This document shows, piece by piece, positions 53,593-64,000 of a DNA stretch of 64,000 nt (position 1 is its first letter; each line of letters opens with the position of its first letter). Source of the stretch: Octopus bimaculoides (taxonomy: Eukaryota); contig NC_068985.1 of assembly GCF_001194135.2 (NCBI RefSeq), positions 22,240,899 to 22,304,898 on the forward strand, read 5' to 3'. A program made the translations under genes and the position numbers. The notes under the pieces are model-generated. The model saw only the letters and a program-made list of their open reading frames with translations. It made no database searches and had not been told where the DNA came from.

Positions 53593-55480
53593 TGATCATG
53601 CCTGGTAATCTTTCCAAATAATGCTTCAAATTAATTTAATTATTTACTTATAGTATCTAGATGCTTGGATATCTGATTCCTGAAATAGTTTGACATTTGA
53701 TTATTTTGTAAAACATCAAAATTCTTAAGTCAGAAAAGAACAATATAATGTGTGATCAAAGGCAGCATGGATAGTGAATGGTCGCAAATTAATATTTTGT
53801 TGTGTCTGGGGAGTCATTCTCTTTTAATGCCTTATTATTTAACACATTCACCAGTAAAGTTTCCACTCATTTATTTATTTTTCCTAAAATTTTCGTTGCA
53901 TCTTGCATCATTAACACTGTCCATTCTTTTTGTATATTCATGCACGTGTGTGTGAGTTAATGTGTGCATATACATGTATATATGCAAGCATGTAAGTGCG
54001 TATGCATGTGTGTGCATATGTGTATATGTATGTGTGTATGTTTATATGTATTCTGCATATTCATGTGTTTCTGTGTTTTTATGTGTGTCTGTGTTTGCAT
54101 GCATGTGTGTCTGCCTCTGTCTCCTTGTGTGTGCATGTCTGAGTGTGTCTGTGTATGGGCTTTTGTGACTATGTACTGCGTCTGTATGTATGGATGTGTC
54201 TCCATATGTCCTTGTGTGAAGTAAAGTGTGTGTGTGTGTGTGTGTGTGTTTCAGTCTTCATTTGTGTATGTATGTGTGCTTGTCTGTTCATATTACCTAT
54301 GTACTTATCCGTCTGTATGTCAATCTGTTTACATTCCTATTCATTTACCTACATATATATACATATATTATTATAAAATCTGGTAATTAATCATATATTA
54401 ATTAATATCGATTAATTATCAGGAGGCCAGCACATCTAAAGAATCAAAGAGATTCAGAAATAGTATCTGCAATCTCAGGGGATTAAGGTACATTTTTAAA
54501 AAATAACGTTGACCACTAACGTGAACAATTAATGTGCTAGAAATAGATCACATCTTGTGTCTATTNNNNNNNNNNNNNNNNNNNNNNNNNNNNNNNNNNN
54601 NNNNNNNNNNNNNNNNNNNNNNNNNNNNNNNNNNNNNNNNNNNNNNNNNNNNNNNNNNNNNNNNNNNNNNNNNNNNNNNNNNNNNNNNNNNNNNNNNNNN
54701 NNNNNNNNNNNNNNNNNNNNNNNNNNNNNNNNNNNNNNNNNNNNNNNNNNNNNNNNNNNNNNNNNNNNNNNNNNNNNNNNNNNNNNNNNNNNNNNNNNNN
54801 NNNNNNNNNNNNNNNNNNNNNNNNNNNNNNNNNNNNNNNNNNNNNNNNNNNNNNNNNNNNNNNNNNNNNNNNNNNNNNNNNNNNNNNNNNNNNNNNNNNN
54901 NNNNNNNNNNNNNNNNNNNNNNNNNNNNNNNNNNNNNNNNNNNNNNNNNNNNNNNNNNNNNNNNNNNNNNNNNNNNNNNNNNNNNNNNNNNNNNNNNNNN
55001 NNNNNNNNNNNNNNNNNNNNNNNNNNNNNNNNNNTTAATTAATATATGATTAATTACCAGATTTTATAATAATATTTTACCCATTACCCATTTTTTCATA
55101 CTGAATATATACGACGCAGTAAATATTTTCTGCAGATATATTCCTGGAATTAGCGCGCCAAAACGAAGACTTTTGAATTTTACCATTAAGCTGTAATTAG
55201 CAGAACCATATACACGCGCACCCATGGCGATGGGCAACTCTGTATATGATTCTGATGATTGCGGTTACATTACAAATCAGGCTGAAGAGGAATGGACAAT
55301 CAGTAAGAATTGTTAAATCCGAAACCGGTACCTGTTTAAGAATGCTTTTTTTAGGTGATTTTAAATGTCTTGCCCGCTCACGTTTTGGTATGCTGCTATA
55401 TTTCATGTTGAGAACAATTTAGGTCTTAATAGACACAAGATGTTATATATACATATATGTATATCAGAAAGATAGGCAAT

Positions 55481-56093
55481 GACTAGTGACTGAGACCTTT
55501 GGAAATATGCTGTGCTTGAGAAGACCCAGCAAGCCAAGTGAGACCATAACCCATGGCCTATGCCAGTGGTATAACTAGCCCACTTATGCGTACCTTTCCT
55601 TCATTGGACACTAAACTGCTTGCAAAGACCTGTTGAGGCAAGTGAAATCGAAATCAAATTTGATGACAGCACTGCATGACTGGCATCCGTGCTAGTGAAG
55701 CGCTAAGAGCACCATCCAAGTGTCATCATTGCCAGGGTCGCTGACTGGCTCCCATGCCAGTGGCACGTAAAAAGCACCATTCGAGCATGATCATTACCAG
55801 CATCACCTTACTAGCACGTGAAAAACAACATCCAAGCGAGGTCGTTGCCAGTGCTGCTGGACTGGCTCCTGTGCAGGTGGCACGTAAAAAACACCATTTG
55901 AGCGTGGCCGTTGCCAGTACCACCTGAGGGCCCTCATGCCAGTGACACGTAAAAGCATCCAGAGTGGTTGACATTAGGAAGGGCATCCAGATCAAATTGG
56001 AGCCTAGTGCAGCCATCTGGCTCACCAGTCCTCAGTCAAACAATCCAACCCATGCCAGCATGGAAAGTAGATGTTAAACGATGATGATGATGA
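55481..56093 (+). mobile_element. RTE-type LINE 3' region with internal tandem subrepeats
   Basis: Repeated gactggctcc..gtggcacgtaaaaa.caccatt.gagc units, ending ..aacccatgccagcatggaaagtagatgttaaacgat(gat)n. Confidence 0.75.
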
Positions 56094-56099
56094 GGAGGA

Positions 56100-56760
56100 G
56101 GGTTTGAGTATACAAGTGTGCTAGAAAGAAGTTACATAACATTATATGTAATGAAACCAGTGGTACCTGCCCTAGATATAGAAGTAAAGACAGGAATAAA
56201 ATACAAAGAGCTTGTGACAAAGCAAACAGGGTGAACACGTGGTACAAAACTGACAAATATCAAGGAGTGATGTTTGTAGAGACCACAGCCCATAGATTTA
56301 GAAAAGCTCTGAAGGAGACCAAACTTAACATTAAGATTCTTGAAAAGCCAGGAAACTCCATCAGATCACAACTATGTAGAACATACCCCCTTTGAGAATA
56401 CCATATGCACCAATGATAACTGCATGGTGTATAAGGATTAACCCTGGCATTAACTATAGAACTAGAAATGTAGTCTACAGCAGAAGGTGCTTGTAAAGAC
56501 AAGAACATGACATACATAGGAGAGACATCTAAGAGCATAGCAGAAAGACTAAATAGATATTTGAGACAATATGATGACAAAAAACAGTCCTCCATACTCT
56601 ATCAACATGCCAAGGACCAACATGGAGGCAACCTGGGTCAACTTGACATCCGCATTTTATCTAAGCACCCAACACTCAGACAAACACATGAGTACGTCCT
56701 CATAAATGACACATCCCCAGTACTAAATAGGAAATATACGTAGTAGGTAATCATACCCAC
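56100..56760 (+). mobile_element. Penelope-like element remnant (linker plus GIY-YIG endonuclease)
   Basis: WYK...YQGVMFVETT..RFRKALKETKLNIKILEKPGNSIRSQL, then RTRNVVY, ACKDKNMTYIGETSKSIAERL and SILYQHAKDQH. Confidence 0.85.
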
Positions 56761-59696
56761 AGTTTATATATATATATATATACAGGTAGAATACACAGTA
56801 CTTAGTAATAAAAACCTAGACACACTCAAATAACGGACAGAGTCAACAACTATTGAAAAGGTTGCAAGACAACAAAAATTTTAGGAAAAATAAAGAAGTA
56901 AATGAGTGGAAACTTTACCGCTGAGTGTGTTAAATAATAAGGAACTAAGAGTGACTCTCACCAGACACAACAAAATATGCTTCAACACACAAACTCACAT
57001 AAAGAATCTTGCAAACCAAATCCAAAATCGATGCAAATTAATAGTTACCCCTATAAATATTGGTTTCAAATTTTGGCACAAAGCCAGCAATTTTGGGGGT
57101 GGGGTAAGCCGATTATATCAACTCCACTGCTCAACTGGTACTTATTTTATAAACCCTAAAATGATGAAAGGCAAAGTTGATTTTAGAGGAATTTGAACTC
57201 AGAACAAAGACATAAAATGCTGCCAAGCATTTTGCCTGGCATGCTAACAATTCTACCTGTAATATTAATATAACTGGTGCTATGCCTTTACTATTCATAT
57301 TATACATAAATGTCTTGTTTAAAATAATGACCACCTCTTCACTAAGAATTATTTTATGGACAATCTTGTTATATACAAACCTTTAAGCAGTCAATTTAAG
57401 TTTCATTACTCTCAACCTTAATGCTTACATATTAAAACAAAAAATTCAACATCACATGTGAATGAAACATCAGAAAAACAAAATCATTTGTATACCTACT
57501 GACTTATTGTAGAATATGCTAGCATTGAACCCTTTAGCATTTAAACTGGCTATATCCAGCCCAAATATGTTATCTGTTTTATATTCAAACCAGCCAGATC
57601 CATCTTATCACACCTACCCTTCAATGTCATTCTAAAATTATACAATCACATCAAAATTTCGAAGCTGAGATATTGCAAGATTAATTAAAAACCCTACCCA
57701 TGCCAACATAGAAGGTGGACATTAAACGATGATGATTACTGTGAATAAAAAAGCATTATATTTGGCATCTGCTGACTTTTCACCAGCATGTTCTTAAGGC
57801 AAACAGAGGCACAGATGATGCACCCAGTGGATTATTCCCACTTCTAGTTGATGCCAGTTAGATGTCAACTGGTTGGCCAGAAGAAACCCTCTGTAATAAT
57901 CCATGATGATATAGTTTTACTTTTGAAGAAGGGTAAATAGAACCTTAATGTAAAAAAAACCCCAAAAAACAAACAAACTTGGAATCAATACAAAACCATC
58001 AAATGGTACACCAAATGCCTAGACATGAACATATTAGTGACAGACTGCAGGCTGAATTGTTCAAGGGCTTAGAACTAAGATTAGATATATGAGAGGGTAG
58101 TACCATGGACAAAATATGGCATAGTGCAGTGGCATTTAAAAGTCATAAACTCTGAAGTTAAAACAAATACAAACTTATTCATTTCATCTGTCAAACATTG
58201 GCTAAAAGTATCATGTACCTTTGGACTATGACTAAGAAAGACCTGACAACTAAATGGTTAAAATGAATAGTAGACTGTGTACACACTAAAAATTAATATA
58301 TTTCTTACAATATCCTAGTTGTGACTGGAATTAGAGATTTTAATGAGTGGCAACAGAAGCCCAAAATCTGATAGACAGTTTTAGTCTTCTACTATAATTC
58401 CAGTTACATTTAGGATGTTTTATAGGAATATTACTAACATTTGATTTGTTTTATCAACTGAGATGAAAAGGCAAAATTTACTTCAGCAGGATTTGTACTC
58501 AGAACGTAAAGGGACATAACTAAATAATGACAGTATTCTGCAGCAATGCAAATCACTGATCCTTCTCACTATCATACTTATTTTCAATTTGTTAAAGGCA
58601 ATGAACGATATTCACCAGTACCTTCAATATCACCCTCTCCACCTAACAACCACCTGTACTACTTATCCAAATCCACTAGAGATCTAATTTTCTATGTGCC
58701 AGTGGACTCACAATGGCTAGAAATTTGATGGAAATGTCACCTCAATATCAGCAAAATTTTGAATTCAGTCTGCTCTGCAAATCTATCAAAATTTTATGGA
58801 TACAATCCAGTCTTCATCTCTTGGAACTAGCTTCCAATCAGATCACACTATCATGGTGTGCTAATGGAGCCCATTTTGTCCTACACTAGCACTCTGGATT
58901 TAGATTTTCATATACATGACCATCCTGCTACCATGTTTAACAATGCCCACTTCTGCAAATGATACCCTTCATTCCTCCCTAATTTTCTCCATCTACATAC
59001 AACTTGAACACTTTACACCAAATCAGAACTATTTCCATGCCTGGAAGCTTTGAAAGCTATCACCAAAAACAAAATCCATGCACTATTCATATCAAGAAAA
59101 TATAGCACCACATAACTTTTAACACAGTCGACAACTAGAGCCCTCATGCTCACTATTACTGAGGACCTCTTTTGCCAAAAGTAGGTCCTTAACATTGGAC
59201 CACACCCCTAAAGACCGGACCTTCTCTTCAACAGTGAGAAGCCTATCTAGTGCATGACACCCACTTATATTTCCTGACCCTACTTCACTAAATATTTTGA
59301 GCATCTTAACTTACTTCTGAGACCAACAGCTTTATCTGATTGAACTTCAATGTTTGGTTCTTGTTGAGTGTTGGAGTAGGACCTCAAACTTGCTTTTTCT
59401 TTATAATAGCATATTCATGCCTCTCTCCAAATTAAGGGCAAGTGTCATTATTCTGTACTTTTTCGTTCTCTGTAGTACACTGCCTTGTAGACTGGAACAC
59501 TTCATGCCACAAGACATTTATCAACATCTTTGCTTCTCTACCTAAGCATACCTGACATCATTATGAATAGTTTTCTATCTTTTCTTTCATGTCTGTGCCT
59601 CATATTTTATGCATACTTACAGAATTTATTCCACCTTGTCTGGATGGTACCTGAATAACTGTTTCTTCTTGATAGCATAAAATTAACTTTTATTTT

Positions 59697-60436
59697 GGCT
59701 CACATGGCAGAGATGTAAACAGAACCCTTACCCTTTAATTTTTTTTTTTACGGAATCCCACATTTTAGACTATGGAGATTCCAATTCCGAAAATTTTTCT
59801 TTAAGAATCGCAATTTCAAAATTTCAATCCGCCACCCCTGCAAAGATTTCTGAGTAATTTCCAACAGTAATATGACAAAGTGAAATTAAAGTGTTCATTT
59901 GAGGAAATATTTAAGCAGCTTGCTCCAGAGAAAATGGTTTTGAAAATAGCATTATTTCCAAAAGTAAAACGTGTTTACACACGCAATATGAATGAGCACT
60001 TCAATTTCACTTCATCACAGTATTTCTTTGTTATTTTTACTTTTTTTTTTCAGGAGTTTGCTGTTAATTTCTGCACTCATATTTTTTGTAACTTTAAAAA
60101 AAAAAAGTCATATTACTGCAGGAAACTACTCAAAAGAAATCTTTGCAGAAAGGTGAGTAGATTGGTTACATATTTCATGTTATTGCAGTTTTGTGAGATT
60201 TGGCTGTTATTTCTAGCACGCGAAGAGTCTGCTTGAAGGCCAAGGCCATAGAATCGGCAGGGGAGGTGATTGGAGTAAATTNNNNNNNNNNNNNNNNNNN
60301 NNNNNNNNNNNNNNNNNNNNNNNNNNNNNNNNNNNNNNNNNNNNNNNNNNNNNNTCTCCATAGCCTAAAACGTGGGATTTCATTTAAAAAAATCAAAGTG
60401 GGAAAGGGTTCAGTTTACATCTCTGCCATGTGAGCC
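59697..60436. mobile_element. Non-autonomous DNA transposon with ~80-bp TIRs and an 8-bp TSD (MULE- or Merlin-like)
   Basis: Left end ggctcacatggcagagatgtaaacagaaccc..atcccacattttagactatggaga mirrors 60355-60436. Identical flanks tttatttt at 59689-59696 and 60437-60444. Contains an N-gap. Confidence 0.8.
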
Positions 60437-60458
60437 TTTATTTTATCACATCCCTTAA

Positions 60459-60661
60459 CCCTTTTGCTACCATATTTCTGTTCATCTGTTTCTTTCAATT
60501 ACTTTAAATATAACAAAGAATTTAGTAAAATTACTTAGTTATCATTAAGCTAGTGTTAGGAACATGAATTGTGACTAAGGTTTGGTGAAAGATTTTAATT
60601 CAAAACTTATGAAAACAAGACATTTGTACTCAGAGCCAGAGCCGGTTTGGTAACGAAAGGG
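60459..60661. mobile_element. piggyBac-type MITE (family 2)
   Basis: TTAA flanks and TIR cccttttgctacc / ggtaacgaaaggg (11/13). A partial relative lies in the RPS2 intron at about 63666-63810. Confidence 0.75.
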
Positions 60662-62621
60662 TTAAGACAGATTTGTATGAATGAATCAAAATTATATATA
60701 CACACACGCATAAGTTTTTCAACCAGTGAACATCAATATACTGTAGATACAGAGACACCTAATTCACATTGGTAACTGGTTCTAAGCCATGAGGAAAAAA
60801 GAAAAAAAAACTGGCTGCTGAAAGATCTTAATTCAGATATTTAAATAAAAAATATATGAGGCTGAAAAATTTTAAAAACCAAAAAGCATACAAGACATTT
60901 ACCTCATTGGTGGCACTAATACACTAGATTGATCAGAAGCATGGATTAGTTTCCAATTCTAATCAGGCTTAACATGTAACAAGAATTGGATGATTTTCCT
61001 CATCATCCCATATAATCTTATAAAGGAACACTAGCCCCCATAATTCCTTAGCAAAGCACTCAGCTTTAAGATCAGTCTTTTCAAAACAGGTTACTGATTT
61101 CTCCATATATGCAAAAGCTTGCTGAATTTTGTTCTGGTTCCAGTTGCTGTTCATGAAACTATATCAACTCATTTATAAATAGTTGCCAGTCAGCATCAAA
61201 TAAAGCCAATGCACTTTTGCCCTAGACCTAAAGAATAAAGATCATGTCACTACTTGAATTGCACAAACCACAACAACCTGGCCTCGAAATCCTGTAATGC
61301 TGTCAGGATACTTCTCAAAAGTTGTATAATGAAAGTGTTCTCTCGAATTATTTTGACTCCTGGTGATACACTAAAAGGTCTGCCATTCAATTAAAAGCAA
61401 GCTGTTCCATTTCTTTCATCTTAGAAAACTATAAGCCACACAATTACTGTCACTAGCGTTTCAGTATATAAACGATAATTGATAGGTTGGATGAGGTGCT
61501 GACAAGGACAATGTTTTACATTCTTAAGCCTATAATAGATATTTGCCCAAGTGTATTTATGATAACTAAACAAAATACTGTTACTTTGCTAGCAATTAAA
61601 TACACAAAGCAGTTGCTACGAATGTGCAATGTGATCTATCCATTTAGACCACTACACTGTTTTGCTAATGAGAGGGGAAATAACTTTGTATTTTACAAGA
61701 TTAATGTTGCACAGGCTCCATTTGGATTATAATTGATTAGTCAATTGTATTTGTAAAAATCCTTTCGTTACTATTCATGACCAGCCGTCAACTAAGTCAC
61801 CTGCACATTAATAATCTCACAAACCAAATAGTTTTTGGATGGTAATCTTGCCAGACGTATGCTTAAGGATTAAATGGAATCTAGTATTTTTTATATAATC
61901 ATTTTAGAGTATATTTTTTATTTCATGAGGATAAGTCACTACCATTCTTGACAGCCCCCTCACCTGTGTTTACATCAGGTGAAGTTGTGAAAGCATCCCA
62001 ATTCTGTAATAATTAGCCTCAAGTCTGTATCCCAAAACAAAACTGTATATATACATCTTTTAAAACTAGACAACATTCATAATACTTAAAACATTTACAG
62101 TTGAAAAAAATCTTTTTTTTTATTCCAGGCAATTATCTAGAATTGGTTACTACCTTGAAACCTAACTGATTAAGTCGCTTTCCATCATTCCTCTAACAAT
62201 GGCACTGTTCTTGTGCTATATGAGTAAAACCATTATCAAAAAAATTTTAATCAAACCCTAGACTAGCATTTCGACAGACCTGGCACCAAATTATTTCCTC
62301 ATGAAACCTGGCGAACTTATCCACATCCCGCAGTACAAACACTGATGTAGCCAAAACAAAGAATCCCACTACAGCAGTAACCAGGCAAAACCAGAAGCAC
62401 AAAGCCACAGTCTTGAGGACTTCAACCTGGAACCATACAGTTTAATGCTTTAGATTGAAATGACAAAAATAACCATTAAGATGTAAGAGCCAGTATGAAA
62501 AGTTAAACACTGGCTTAATATCTATTCAAGACCAACAGCAGAATCCTTTAAAAACTTTCCAGCCTAATAAATACTATCAAAATTATAGAAAAATACAAAA
62601 CATCAATATTGAATTCACTTT

Positions 62622-62627
62622 TTTATT
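62622..62627 (-). terminator. Polyadenylation signal (AATAAA) of RPS2
   Basis: AATAAA on the minus strand about 67 nt after the RPS2 stop codon. Confidence 0.6.
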
Positions 62628-62693
62628 TTTTTTCTATTTAAAACACGGCTTCACCGAGGGGACCACAAGCATTACATCAAACTTGTAAAGTTA

Positions 62694-62857
62694 TTAAAAT
62701 GGTTTGTCCTCCTGCCTTGGTGCTGGTAACTTAGTGTGTGCCTTAGCCAAGAAGTCAGAAAATTCTTGGTACGGCGACCTGGTGAAAGCATTGTCCTTCC
62801 ATAAGTCCGGTGTGAGGTAGGCATAGGTCTCTGCAATGGCGTTGTAAGTGGCCTTGG
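62694..62857 (-). CDS. RPS2: 40S ribosomal protein S2, last coding exon
   Basis: In frame with the previous exon: [57 protein letters not shown]. Acceptor tctcttccag. Confidence 0.96.
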
Positions 62858-62941
62858 CTGGAAGAGAAACAACAATCCGTGAAAATATGGAAATCAGTGA
62901 GACTAATAATCAGAAGACATCAATTATTGATGTACACTTAC

Positions 62942-63101
62942 CGAAGTTACCCATGGTTGCTGTACAGCCTCTAGCTTGAGTGTATACGTCATCTATTCCA
63001 GCCATATTTAGAAGTTTCTTTGGAACAGGGGCACTCACAATTCCTGTGCCACGAGGAGCAGGAATGAGGATCACTGTTACACTACCACACTGACCAAGTA
63101 C
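62942..63101 (-). CDS. RPS2: 40S ribosomal protein S2, internal exon, 160 nt
   Basis: Translates [53 protein letters not shown] plus 1 nt. Acceptor ctcttttag and donor GTAAGT; phase 0/1. Confidence 0.97.
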
Positions 63102-63167
63102 CTAAAAGAGAAGTGTTATGTATGCTAACATTAAATCTACACTTCAAGCAAGTTTCAAAGATTTTCA

Positions 63168-63389
<222 letters not shown>

Positions 63390-63485
63390 CTATATAAAAA
63401 AAAATGTAAAAATTCATGTAGCAATAATAAGCCACTCTTAATTATATTTCAAATACACCAAGTTAATTTTAGCTTTTTGCTTTAC

Positions 63486-63593
63486 CTTAAATCGTGTTCT
63501 TTGACCAGCCCGAGTTTGTTTCTGTACAGGCATAATCTTCAAGACTTCATCCTTCAGGGTTGAGCCCAGGAAAAAATCAATGATTTCTGCCTC
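63486..63593 (-). CDS. RPS2: 40S ribosomal protein S2 (uS5), internal exon, 108 nt
   Basis: Translates [36 protein letters not shown], the eukaryotic uS5 signature. Acceptor ttatcag and donor GTAAAG; phase 0/0. Upstream exons lie outside the window. Confidence 0.97.
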
Positions 63594-64000
63594 CTGATAA
63601 ATAAAAAGCAGTATTTGTGTCATAACTTTATATTAAGACTAAAATATAGACTGGCACATCTCAACTACAAAGAAGTTAGTAAAATAACTTAGTTATTCAG
63701 CTAGTGTTAGGAACAAATTGTGACTATGGTTTGGTGGAAAATTTTAATTCAAACCTTATGAAAAAACATTCGTACTGTAAGATGAATCTCTTTAGGGTTA
63801 GTAAGGATATACCTATTAGGATACAAAAAGAGCCAGTTACAGACGGACTTAATCTAATGTAGGGGGAGCAGGTAGTATATATAATGTCTTTAAAAAAAAA
63901 AAGGAAATATCAAAGTATTGAGAAAGAAAAGGAAAAATGGAAGCAGAAAAACATTTTAAATATAATTCCACAACCCAAGAGGAAGTACTAGTGTCAGCAG

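Noticed and set aside
58560-59620. Another LINE remnant on the minus strand (..SSCRLC)
   Set aside because: Probably TE-derived, but only a CxxC-like fragment is visible, too little to classify.
60969-61420. RTE RT remnant on the minus strand (GFRG..DMIFIL)
   Set aside because: The motifs are short and split across frames; not enough support.
55200-62600. NDUFB10 as the RPS2 neighbour, as in human synteny
   Set aside because: None of the candidate exons resembles NDUFB10.

Overview
AT-rich, repeat-dense animal genomic DNA with five N-gaps. The SINE and RTE-tail repertoire points to an octopod (Octopus-like) cephalopod; this is inference from recognised repeat motifs. Only one gene is firmly identifiable: the last four exons of 40S ribosomal protein S2 (RPS2/uS5) on the minus strand at 62.7-63.6 kb, whose 5' part lies beyond the window. 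The rest is mostly decayed mobile DNA: an L1/Tx1-like LINE, a CR1/L2-like RT remnant, a HERO/NeSL-type RLE retrotransposon, two Penelope-like GIY-YIG remnants, a Tc1 fragment, hAT and piggyBac-type MITEs, two long-TIR elements, many tRNA-derived SINEs and RTE 3' tails, and microsatellites. The most interesting signals are (i) dispersed Penelope-type short repeats with minimal hammerhead-ribozyme-like cores, (ii) an unexplained GC-rich double hairpin at 41.2 kb, (iii) several fold-back structures that could be ADAR substrates, and (iv) weak evidence for two unidentified genes: a minus-strand gene from a CpG-rich start near 50 kb, and a plus-strand gene convergent with RPS2. I did not find a convincing new biological system. 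Most ORF-track entries are microsatellite or TE noise.
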